From Candidatus Kaiserbacteria bacterium (GTDB lineage: Bacteria > Patescibacteriota > Minisyncoccia > Phycocordibacterales > UBA918), in assembly GCA_019634005.1 (NCBI GenBank), contig JAHQWD010000001.1:1-43774 (forward strand): a stretch of DNA of 43,774 nucleotides. Reading direction: 5' to 3'. The notes beneath the pieces are model-generated. The model had not been told where the DNA came from, ran no database searches, and saw only the letters and a program-made list of their open reading frames with translations. Positions 35,612-43,774 of this stretch are shown piece after piece (positions within the stretch are counted from its first letter, which is position 1; every line of letters begins with the position of its first letter). Position numbers and translations under genes: made by a program.

Positions 35612-36598
35612 ATGTTTGTCGATGAACTAATCATACATGGTATAGCAGGAAAAGGAGGCGACGGAGTCGTGCGCTGGCTTCGTATGCCACATCGTCCCAT
35701 GGGAGGTCCTGCTGGTGGGGATGGAGGTAACGGTGGCGACGTTTATATACGCGCTGTACGTGATTTAGGGCTTCTTTCAAGGTATACAGGTGATAATGTA
35801 TTCCGTGCTGGGAACGGTGAAAATGGCCATGGAAAGAGCCAAGAAGGCAAAAATGGAGAGGATATGTATATTGATTTGCCTGTAGGGTCCACTGTTACCG
35901 ATAAGAAAGGTGGACATGTGTACGTTCTCGAGGAGGCTGGGCAAGTGCATAAGATCCTCTTGGGTGGTCGTGGTGGTTACGGAAATGAACACTTTAAATC
36001 TGCAACAAATCAGAGTCCAGAACAATCTACTCGTGGAAAGAAGGGGGAAGAAGGAGAGTTCCTTGTAGAACTTTCATTGCTTGTTGATGTCGGTTTTATT
36101 GGGTTCCCAAATGCAGGTAAATCTACACTTCTCAATACGTTTACCAATGCAACTGCTGCTGTTGGTGCCTATCCGTTTACAACACTGGAACCTCACCTCG
36201 GGGAACTTTTTGGTTTTATCCTCGCCGATATTCCAGGGTTAATTGAAGGGGCGTCTGAAGGCAAGGGTCTTGGGCATAAGTTCCTTCGTCATGTACGACG
36301 CACGAAGATGCTTCTACACCTCATCTCACTCGAGAATGAAGATGTCGTGGATGCATACACAAAGATTCAGAATGAACTTCGTAACTTTGATATAGACCTC
36401 CTCGAAAAGGAGCAGTGGGTGGTACTCACAAAGTCTGATCTCGTCTCTGAGGAAGAAGTATCCTCCTCCAGGACTACTCTAGAAAACATTGTTAGTACAA
36501 AAGTCTTTGTGATTTCAGCTGAGACAGGGGAGGGGGTTAAGTTTTTACAGGATGAACTTACCACTCACCTCCGCAAAACCTCAAAAAAGGTAGGTTAA
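35612..36598 (+). CDS. obgE: GTPase ObgE/CgtA
   Basis: MFVDE, GGPAGGDGGNGGDV glycine-rich Obg fold, GFPNAGKSTLL, YPFTTLEP, ADIPGLIEGASEGKGLG, TKSD motifs. Confidence 0.96.
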   Translation: MFVDELIIHGIAGKGGDGVVRWLRMPHRPMGGPAGGDGGNGGDVYIRAVRDLGLLSRYTGDNVFRAGNGENGHGKSQEGKNGEDMYIDLPVGSTVTDKKGGHVYVLEEAGQVHKILLGGRGGYGNEHFKSATNQSPEQSTRGKKGEEGEFLVELSLLVDVGFIGFPNAGKSTLLNTFTNATAAVGAYPFTTLEPHLGELFGFILADIPGLIEGASEGKGLGHKFLRHVRRTKMLLHLISLENEDVVDAYTKIQNELRNFDIDLLEKEQWVVLTKSDLVSEEEVSSSRTTLENIVSTKVFVISAETGEGVKFLQDELTTHLRKTSKKVG

Positions 36599-36602
36599 AA
36601 CC

Positions 36603-36719
36603 ACACGAAACACAGTTTTGTCAATAAATAAAATACCCTTATAAATAAGGGTATTTTATTTATAAGGCTGTATTTTTTATTAAAATAGAAATACTCTTTG
36701 ACAAAATTGTGTTTCGTGT
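36603..36719. repeat. 117-bp nested inverted-repeat element (MITE-like)
   Basis: 22-bp terminal inverted repeats (36603-36624 and 36698-36719, 21/22 complementary) enclosing a perfect 19-bp-arm palindrome (36624-36642 / 36645-36663). Confidence 0.75.
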
Positions 36720-36766
36720 CAAAAAAACTTGCTGGAGAGGGCCTGGAAGAGTACTATTAGCAGGTT

Positions 36767-38179
36767 ATGTATACAGCAACTATTGGTCTGGAAGTTCATG
36801 CAGAACTTAAAACAAAGTCAAAAATGTTCTGTGGATCTAAAAACGATCCACACCATGGAGAACCAAACACTCATATTTGCCCTGTTTGTGTTGCGCACCC
36901 AGGAACCTTACCAGTTATTAATAAGGAAGCAGTCAAACATGTTCTTAAAGTAGGTGTTGCACTCGAAGGTAACATTGCTACTTTTACAGAATTTGATAGA
37001 AAGAATTATTTCTATCCTGATATTCCAAAAGGTTACCAAATTAGTCAGTATAAGTATCCTCTCGTAAGTGGAGGGACTCTTGCTGGAGTTGCTATCACTA
37101 GAGTTCATCTTGAAGAAGACACTGCTCGCTCTCTTCATGATCAAGGGAAGGGTAGTCTTGTGGACTACAATCGGGCAGGTGTACCTCTGATGGAATTGGT
37201 GACAGAGCCTGTCATCCATGACGCTGAAACAGCTGGGCGATTTGGCCGAGAGTTGCAACTTCTTTTGCGGACACTCAATGTCTCAGATGCAAATCTTGAA
37301 AAGGGGGAGATGCGTGTGGAGGTAAATATTTCTATTAGTAAGAACGACACACTTGGGACAAAAGTTGAGGTAAAAAATCTCAACTCTTTCCGTGCTGTCG
37401 AGAATGCAATTGCTTATGAAATTGATCGACAAAGTAAGCTTTTGGACTCTGGGGAGAGCGTTCTACAGGAGACAAGAGGTTGGGATGAGCAGAAAAGCCT
37501 TACTTTTAGCCAGAGACTGAAGGAGACCTCTGAAGAATACCGCTATTTCCCTGATCCTGATCTACCAAAATTAGATATTTCCAGCGTGCCAGAGTTCTCA
37601 CTATCTCGGATAAAAGAGGAGCTCCCAGAATTACCTGAAGAAAAACGCTTAAAATATAGGAATCTCGGAATACCGAGAGAACAGATTGAATTACTAATCT
37701 CGGATAAAATCCTAATGCCATTTTTTAACGAGATTGTTGAATCGGAACCTCTAAAAGAAGACGCACTTAAGCGTGCTGCTAACTATCTTACTTCTGATGT
37801 TCTATCTCTATGTGCAAATGGTGCTCGAGATCTCAAAATTGACGCGGTTGGAGTATTTGTTGAGCTTATGGAGATGCTTAGTGAAGGAGAGATCACTTCT
37901 CGTGTAGCCAAGGATATACTTCCTGAAGTCGTATTTAACGGCCAATCTCCTAGAGAAATTGCTACAGAGCGAGGACTTCTGCAAGAGAATGATTCTGATG
38001 CACTTAAGGAGATTGTTGGGAAGATACTAGTAGACCATCCAGATGTTGTTTCTGAATATAAGGCTGGTAAGGAACAAGTTCTCAAGTTCTTGGTTGGTCA
38101 AGGAATGAAAGCAACAAAAGGTTCAGCGAATCCTTCTGTTCTTGAGGAGGCCTTCAAGAAGGAAATAGGTGTTCTTTAG
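36767..38179 (+). CDS. gatB: Asp/Glu-tRNA amidotransferase subunit B
   Basis: IGLEVHAEL, FDRKNYFYPD.PKGYQISQY, HLEEDTA, DYNRAGVPLMELVTEP, EVKNLNSF, YRYFPDPDL, and a C-terminal Yqey domain. Confidence 0.97.
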   Translation: MYTATIGLEVHAELKTKSKMFCGSKNDPHHGEPNTHICPVCVAHPGTLPVINKEAVKHVLKVGVALEGNIATFTEFDRKNYFYPDIPKGYQISQYKYPLVSGGTLAGVAITRVHLEEDTARSLHDQGKGSLVDYNRAGVPLMELVTEPVIHDAETAGRFGRELQLLLRTLNVSDANLEKGEMRVEVNISISKNDTLGTKVEVKNLNSFRAVENAIAYEIDRQSKLLDSGESVLQETRGWDEQKSLTFSQRLKETSEEYRYFPDPDLPKLDISSVPEFSLSRIKEELPELPEEKRLKYRNLGIPREQIELLISDKILMPFFNEIVESEPLKEDALKRAANYLTSDVLSLCANGARDLKIDAVGVFVELMEMLSEGEITSRVAKDILPEVVFNGQSPREIATERGLLQENDSDALKEIVGKILVDHPDVVSEYKAGKEQVLKFLVGQGMKATKGSANPSVLEEAFKKEIGVL

Positions 38180-38265
38180 AGAAACTCGAGTTTCCGAGAT
38201 CTCCACATAATACAATGTAAAATTGAACTTTCTCGGAAGAAAGGTGTATACTGTGCTTAAGACTT

Positions 38266-39069
38266 ATGGAGGTCATTACACTCAATGGACGGGAGTATAT
38301 TAAAGCGAGTAAGGCGGCTCGTGAAGTTGGGTATACCTCGGACTATGTAGGGCAGCTTTGTCGAAGTGGAGCAATTACTGCAGAACGTGTTGGAAGGAAT
38401 TGGTATGTAGATAGAGAAGAGCTTCGAGAACATAAGACGGATAAAAAAAGAAACGCACGAAGTAAGGCTCGTGAACATGTACGGAGAATTGTAAGAGAGG
38501 AGGCTACAGCGACGGAACATGCTTCAATAGAAAAGCAAGAAGAAAAGTTTGAGCCTAGGTATCTGGCACACGCTTCAGATACTCGGTATGTCTCAGATAG
38601 GAGTCCCTTGATTCCAGAGATCAAAAAAACCCCTAAAAATAAGGATTTTTCAGTACATATTGTAAAGGATGCACCCGAAATAAAAATAAAAAAAATCACT
38701 TCCTCTGAAGCTGTGTCTTCAAAAGAAAAGCCCACAAAAGTTCCTCTAAAGATTTCTTCTGAGAGGAATACAAAGAAGAGTCCCAGCAAGATGAGAAGTG
38801 TTCGACAAGATAATTCTCCTCCATCCGTACAGGGGGAAGATCTTTCTTGGGACAAATCTCTGCATGATGTACAGGAAGGTTCTCCAACCAGCAGTCCGAT
38901 CAGAAGTGGGGTAGTCTTGCTCATAACCATGTTCATTGCATTTCTGGTTCTTGGTATGAGCTCTGAATCAAGTGTCCAAATCAGCACTTCAACAGGTTCT
39001 GTTTTAAATCAGTTTACCTCAGGCTACACTCTAGATTTTAGCTTAATCATCTCTAATATAGCGCTCTAA
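38266..39069 (+). CDS. Excisionase-type HTH protein with charged linker and C-terminal TM helix
   Basis: YIKASKAAREVGYTSDYVGQLCRSGAI.AERVGRNWYVD HTH/wing; TM GVVLLITMFIAFLVLGM; promoter TTGAAC-N18-TATACT upstream. Confidence 0.8.
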   Translation: MEVITLNGREYIKASKAAREVGYTSDYVGQLCRSGAITAERVGRNWYVDREELREHKTDKKRNARSKAREHVRRIVREEATATEHASIEKQEEKFEPRYLAHASDTRYVSDRSPLIPEIKKTPKNKDFSVHIVKDAPEIKIKKITSSEAVSSKEKPTKVPLKISSERNTKKSPSKMRSVRQDNSPPSVQGEDLSWDKSLHDVQEGSPTSSPIRSGVVLLITMFIAFLVLGMSSESSVQISTSTGSVLNQFTSGYTLDFSLIISNIAL

Positions 39070-39094
39070 ACATAGGTATAACGCGTATCTCCGA

Positions 39095-39135
39095 ATAAAA
39101 AGTACACAAAATAGCATATTTTGTGTACTTTTTAT
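39095..39135. repeat. AT-rich perfect inverted repeat (terminator, operator or cruciform)
   Basis: ATAAAAAGTACACAAAATA-GCA-TATTTTGTGTACTTTTTAT, 19-bp arms. Confidence 0.8.
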
Positions 39136-39448
39136 ATTTAAGCGCTTAAATAATAGTTATTCTGAAGTCTCTGAGAGCATAAAATAGTCTCTCAGGAGAA
39201 GGATCTCGCTAAAGCGAGTTTTTATTATTCTTGTATGACACTCAGATTTAACACAAAAACTGTACTCTTGTGTCAAGAGTGCTTTTTATACTTGAAAAAT
39301 GTTTTTCCTGATCTGCTTCCAGCTAGGTCTGAAGAGTGGATTTATAGAAATAAAAATCTACAGGAGATTGTGAGCAAAGGAAGTGTGTATAAGTTTGGCA
39401 AGAAAACCAGAAATAACTAGTAAAATATAGTTATTAAGGAAAAAATAA

Positions 39449-42400
39449 ATGTCGAGTTCCAGTAAGAAGAAGAAAACAGAAAAGACACCTCAGAATTTGA
39501 TTTCCGCTGGCGACATTGCAAAGGAGGTTGGATATACCTCAGACTACATCACTCGTCTTGCACGCGAGAAAAAGATTAAAGGAAAGAAGGTTGGAAAAAA
39601 ATGGATGGTCGATCCAGTCTCTGTTGCTGAGTTGTTGCGAAGAAAAAAAGAGGAGAAGGAACTACGAAGTCGCGCACTTCGCCGCGAACGAAAGAAGGAG
39701 CAGAATGAGACACCGAAGCAACAGGCGACGGAAAATATTAATCCTGCGAAGGGGATCTCTTCTAATATCCCTCTTGTCACTAGGGAGGTTCACGTAGAAA
39801 AAGTCTCAGAGAGGAAACTAACCAAAAGAACCTCTAAGAAATATTTTGACATTGGTCTCGCTGCTCGAGTACATGCGCTCGTGGTAACGAGTGGAGTTAT
39901 GTTTGCGGGAGTGCTTCTGGGCGTGGTCGGATACATGACGCCAACAGATTCCTCCGAAATATTTTCACGGGCGCGTGCAGTGGATACGGTTGCTTTTGTA
40001 GGAAGTATCGGAGAGGATTTTTTTGATGCAACAGGACAGGTTGCAGGAACTTTTTCTGGAGCAATGGAGTCAGTGCTCGTTGAGATCCTTCCTGAGCCGC
40101 GACAGTATGTAGCAAATGTCTTTTGGAGTGATGTCTGGTGCGGTTTCAAATCACTCTTTGGCAGAGAGTGTTTCTTTGAGACAGCGGGTGAAGAAACATA
40201 TATTGTTGAAGAAGATGTAACTGATGTCAGTGTAGTGGCACAACAACCGACTTCTGATCGTGTAGTTTCCCAGAGTACTAGTCAGACGACGGGTTCCGCT
40301 GTCGCTGTTGCAACACCAGTAACAACTGTTACCAATCCAGTCTCGGTATATGTACAGGAATTGCCTGACATATTTCCTGAGAAATGGCTTGATCAAATTA
40401 CTTCACGAGAGGTCCATGTTATACAGGTCGGGGGTACGATGCGTAGCATCGAGAGTGTAAATGAGGGTACGAGTGATCAGTTTAAGCAAATAAGTGAGTC
40501 ATTCACTACACAGTCTCTGACCGTTGATGGAGACGTAGTAATAAAGGATTCGCTCACTGTTGGTGAATTGCTTGCTACGTCAACAATTAGCACTTCGGTG
40601 TCTATCTCGTCACCGTACATCGTTGCAACCTCCTCAACAGCAACCTCAACATTTGCAGGAGGACTTGCGGTTGAAACCACGGGATTTGTATATGATTATG
40701 CTTCAAATAAGGTGGGTATCGGAACATCGGCACCTGAGACACGATTGACTCTGGTGCAGGAGTCGGATGCACTTGGCGGCGGCTTCCGTGTGAATCAGGT
40801 TGGTGATTCAGACTACTTTGAAATTATTGGTATTGCAGATCGGGTAGCACTCGGTCTTAACGGAACAGAGACATTTTCATTCCTTGAAAACGGGAGTCTT
40901 GGTATCGGAACATCATCACCAACATACAATCTTGAAGTGCTCGGCGATGCTCGGTTCACATCATCAGTTGATGCGACGTACTTTACAGCAACAAGCACAA
41001 CCGCAACTTCTACATTCGCAGGAGGCCTTGCAGTAGAGACCACCGGCTTTGTGTACGATTACGCAACAAACAAAGTTGGTATTGGTACTGCGAGTCCAGT
41101 ATTCCGCTTCGATGTCGTTGGAGATGGACGATTTACTGGTCTTGTGGATGCTTCTCGTTTTGTTGCAACAAGCACAACCGCAACTTCTACATTCGCAGGA
41201 GGACTTACGGTAGACTCTTTCGATTTCGTTGTTGATCCAGATTCAAACCGGGTTGGTATCGGTACGACAAATCTTACGTCACTTTTGACGCTTGGATACA
41301 CTACGTCAATCATTTCTACTGATTCTTCTGACGGAAGTGACTCAAAGCGTATTCAGATTGCAGGAGGAGGTACTGCAGGGACAGAGCGGGGAGCATCTAT
41401 CGAAGTGATGGGCAATGAGTATGCAGGAGAAGCGGGAGACCTATCACTCTATGCAGGTAATTCTGCTGTACTGGGGCAAGGAGCGCTTCGCTTCTTCACA
41501 GGAAATGTGCTCGAGCGCATGACCATTGATGCAAATGGAAGTGTTGGTATCGGTACGACAAGTCCTGCACAACTCCTTTCAGTTGCAGGGAATGGATACC
41601 TTACCGGAGGGCTTGGTGTTGGTGTTGCGACCACAACACCAGGGACACTCCAAACATCTGGAAATGGATGGATTGGAGGAGATTTGGTAGTAGTAGGAAA
41701 CTCTACGGTGTTTGGAGACTCTGCAACACTCGGAGAAAGTGCTGCTGACACCTTGGTGATTAATTCATCAATTGGGTCGCCACTTATTCCAACTATTAAT
41801 GCAACATACGATATCGGTAGCCCATCATTCTTCTGGGATGATGGATATTTCGATACCATTACAGCAAATAATATCTCTGCTGCATCGAGTTCTATCTCTG
41901 GAACACAGTCAGAAACGTTTACTATTAATTCCAACAACGCAACTTCTGATACGGAAAGCATGGACCTTATCTTTTACCGCGGAGCGGTAGTACCGAATGC
42001 ACTTATCTCTTGGGACGCTACACTTGATCTCTTTGATATTAACCAGCCACTCTTCATCCAGAATGACTCCTCAACGACAACTATCCGTACGCTGGATGTT
42101 TGGGGTACAGCAGGACAGACTGCAGACCTCTTCCGTGTAGCATCTTCAACAGGAACTGCATTCTTCAACGTGCTTGCAGACGGCAGTGTAGGTGTCGGAA
42201 CAACGTCACCTACAGCAAACTTTGCTGTTGCAGGGGATGCATATTTTGAAGGAACACTTACTGCATCTGGCTTTACTGCGACATCTACTATTTCTGCTCC
42301 ATACTTTGTAGCAACAGATGCGAGCGCAACCTCTACATTCGCAGGAGGACTTGCAGTAGAGACCACCGGCTTCGTGTACGATTACGCAACAAACAAAGTT

Positions 42401-43774
42401 GGTATTGGTACTGCGAGTCCGTCACATAGACTTCATGTGGTTGCAGACACAGCAGTTGACCACGTTGCAAACTTTGAGAGTACAGACTCTAGAGCATTTA
42501 TTTCTTTCAATGACGATGCGACTTCTGGAGCTAATTACGTAGCAGTTGGAGCAGTGGGTGATAGTCTTTATTTCCGTTCGAATAATGGAGACCAAATGGT
42601 ACTTGATTCCTCAGGAAATGTTGGTGTTGGTACCACGAGTCCAAGTAACAGGTTACACATTGCAGGTTCGGGTACAAATACAACTGTTGCAAATCTTGAT
42701 TCAGGCGGTCATGCAAACTACCGTGCTGATAGGGGAAGTACGTCGTATGATGCCGGGTATTTCTGGCTTACGGACGGTTCGATAGACTGGCGTTTTCAAG
42801 TTCCGTCCGCTAGTACAGATCTACGTATCCGTGATGAATCAACAGGAGTTGATATAATTACATTTGAAAACGATACTGGAAACGTCGGTATTGGTACGAC
42901 ATCACCAGATCGTAAACTCCACATCTTCGCAGGAGAATCAAACGCAACACCGTACTCACTCTCCCAACTTGTGGTAGAAAACAGTGGTCGTACAGGAATT
43001 GACATTCTTTCTGGAAGTTCAGAGCGTGGACTTTTGAATTTTGGCGATAGTGGAAATGTTCAGGCGGGTGTAGTTGAGTATGACCACAGCGCAGATTTCA
43101 TGCGATTTGTTACAAATGGAAGTGAAAAAGTTCGTATTACGTCTACTGGAGATGTGGGAGTTGGTACAACTTCACCATTTGGTAATTTTGTAGTTCATTC
43201 TTCGAATAGTAGGTACTTGAATTATCTACCAGTATCTGGAGGACTAGCAGATTTTGAGTTGGTCTCAAATAATAATTCTCAGCCAGTCTTTGCAGTTCAA
43301 GGAACTGGGACTGCTGATTTGGTGAATATCTTCGATGATGCAACTGAAATATTTACTATACAAGATGGAGGTAACGTCGGTATCGGAGACACTACTCCAG
43401 ATGCCCCACTAGATGTTGTTGGTTCAGCTGGAGCTGTTATTAGACTTGAGGGAAATACTACTTCAGGTTGGCTGCAGTTTGTTGACGGTGTTAGTAACAT
43501 GGGATATTTGGGGTATGCAGATGATGGAGGAATACTTACTGGAGCTGAAACTGATTCCATATCACTACGCGCAGAAAATGCTCTTCATTTTGGTACAAAT
43601 GGAAATGCACTACGTATGACAATTGATACATCAGGAAACGTCGGTATTGGTACTACGGATCCAGATCTAAAACTAACAGTAGACGAGCTTGAGGCAGGAA
43701 CTACATATGGAGTATTGGGTGTTAAGTCAGATAGTAACGCACATGCGCTTTATATAGAAGAGCCAAGCGGTGGA
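39449..43774 (+). CDS. Giant membrane-anchored tail-fibre-like surface protein with N-terminal HTH (partial, >1442 aa, runs off the window)
   Basis: ATG 39449 follows an in-frame TAA. The frame was open wherever I checked it by hand and gives sensible protein at the window end. It encodes N-terminal LISAGDIAKEVGYTSDYITRLAREKKI.GKKVGKKWMVD, TM VHALVVTSGVMFAGVLLGVVGYM, then Ser/Thr/Gly-rich modules with at least 12 (V/L)G(I/V)G(T/D) repeats. Confidence 0.88.
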   Translation, partial: MSSSSKKKKTEKTPQNLISAGDIAKEVGYTSDYITRLAREKKIKGKKVGKKWMVDPVSVAELLRRKKEEKELRSRALRRERKKEQNETPKQQATENINPAKGISSNIPLVTREVHVEKVSERKLTKRTSKKYFDIGLAARVHALVVTSGVMFAGVLLGVVGYMTPTDSSEIFSRARAVDTVAFVGSIGEDFFDATGQVAGTFSGAMESVLVEILPEPRQYVANVFWSDVWCGFKSLFGRECFFETAGEETYIVEEDVTDVSVVAQQPTSDRVVSQSTSQTTGSAVAVATPVTTVTNPVSVYVQELPDIFPEKWLDQITSREVHVIQVGGTMRSIESVNEGTSDQFKQISESFTTQSLTVDGDVVIKDSLTVGELLATSTISTSVSISSPYIVATSSTATSTFAGGLAVETTGFVYDYASNKVGIGTSAPETRLTLVQESDALGGGFRVNQVGDSDYFEIIGIADRVALGLNGTETFSFLENGSLGIGTSSPTYNLEVLGDARFTSSVDATYFTATSTTATSTFAGGLAVETTGFVYDYATNKVGIGTASPVFRFDVVGDGRFTGLVDASRFVATSTTATSTFAGGLTVDSFDFVVDPDSNRVGIGTTNLTSLLTLGYTTSIISTDSSDGSDSKRIQIAGGGTAGTERGASIEVMGNEYAGEAGDLSLYAGNSAVLGQGALRFFTGNVLERMTIDANGSVGIGTTSPAQLLSVAGNGYLTGGLGVGVATTTPGTLQTSGNGWIGGDLVVVGNSTVFGDSATLGESAADTLVINSSIGSPLIPTINATYDIGSPSFFWDDGYFDTITANNISAASSSISGTQSETFTINSNNATSDTESMDLIFYRGAVVPNALISWDATLDLFDINQPLFIQNDSSTTTIRTLDVWGTAGQTADLFRVASSTGTAFFNVLADGSVGVGTTSPTANFAVAGDAYFEGTLTASGFTATSTISAPYFVATDASATSTFAGGLAVETTGFVYDYATNKVGIGTASPSHRLHVVADTAVDHVANFESTDSRAFISFNDDATSGANYVAVGAVGDSLYFRSNNGDQMVLDSSGNVGVGTTSPSNRLHIAGSGTNTTVANLDSGGHANYRADRGSTSYDAGYFWLTDGSIDWRFQVPSASTDLRIRDESTGVDIITFENDTGNVGIGTTSPDRKLHIFAGESNATPYSLSQLVVENSGRTGIDILSGSSERGLLNFGDSGNVQAGVVEYDHSADFMRFVTNGSEKVRITSTGDVGVGTTSPFGNFVVHSSNSRYLNYLPVSGGLADFELVSNNNSQPVFAVQGTGTADLVNIFDDATEIFTIQDGGNVGIGDTTPDAPLDVVGSAGAVIRLEGNTTSGWLQFVDGVSNMGYLGYADDGGILTGAETDSISLRAENALHFGTNGNALRMTIDTSGNVGIGTTDPDLKLTVDELEAGTTYGVLGVKSDSNAHALYIEEPSGG
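41002..42420 (+). repeat. Intragenic 96-bp direct repeat (41002-41097 and 42325-42420), plus a 38-bp identical pair (40988-41025 and 41165-41202)
   Basis: The 96-bp copies differ at 3 positions, all synonymous third positions, and encode ATSTFAGGLAVETTGFVYDYATNKVGIGTASP. Confidence 0.9.

Noticed and set aside
39235-39420. 61-aa ORF in the gap before the giant gene
   Set aside because: It has no recognisable motif or TM segment, lies in an AT-rich palindrome-containing regulatory region, and no -10 box sits at the usual offset.
41002-42420. Diversity-generating retroelement TR/VR pair or CRISPR array
   Set aside because: The three differences are synonymous third-position changes rather than adenine-directed ones. 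No reverse transcriptase or cas gene is in the window, and the repeats are in-frame coding and irregularly spaced.
40477-43619. Many minus-strand and off-frame ORFs in the last 3.3 kb
   Set aside because: They are antisense shadows of the single open + frame starting at 39449.
1-43774. Alternative genetic code (UGA = Gly, as in Gracilibacteria/Absconditabacteria)
   Set aside because: TGA terminates well-defined genes exactly at ATGA coupling junctions (e.g. murD, murC, several GTs), and conserved proteins are full length under code 11.

Overview
Chromosomal window from a Candidate Phyla Radiation (Patescibacteria, Parcubacteria-like) bacterium using genetic code 11. The lineage call is inferred from 16S signatures, gene content and protein families. 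In order the window holds: the 3' end of a 16S rRNA gene with no 23S behind it; a VirB2/TrbC-like pilin; two small membrane ORFs missed by the ORF track; tRNA-Ile(GAT); murD-murC-rsmI; a DUF4015-like glycoside hydrolase; a RelE toxin remnant; a VirD4/TraD-like ATPase; a ComEA-PKD protein; a ~21.6 kb surface-glycan locus (epimerase, ten full-length and one half GT4, three kinase-type proteins, two methyltransferases, Wzx flippase, O-antigen-ligase-like protein); murB; a histone H1-like protein; secA; a holin-family membrane protein; obgE; gatB; and two tandem HTH-transmembrane genes. The second of these is a giant (>1442 aa, open at the window end) tail-fibre-like surface protein absent from the ORF track. 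Strongest leads: (1) the paired cytoplasmic-HTH / membrane / extracellular-fibre proteins; (2) a kinase + NDK-like + nucleotidyltransferase-like + TPR fusion in the glycan locus; (3) a 16S tail lacking the anti-Shine-Dalgarno core together with a window-wide leaderless promoter layout; (4) a MITE-like nested inverted repeat between obgE and gatB. All family calls come from motif recognition by eye; no searches were run.
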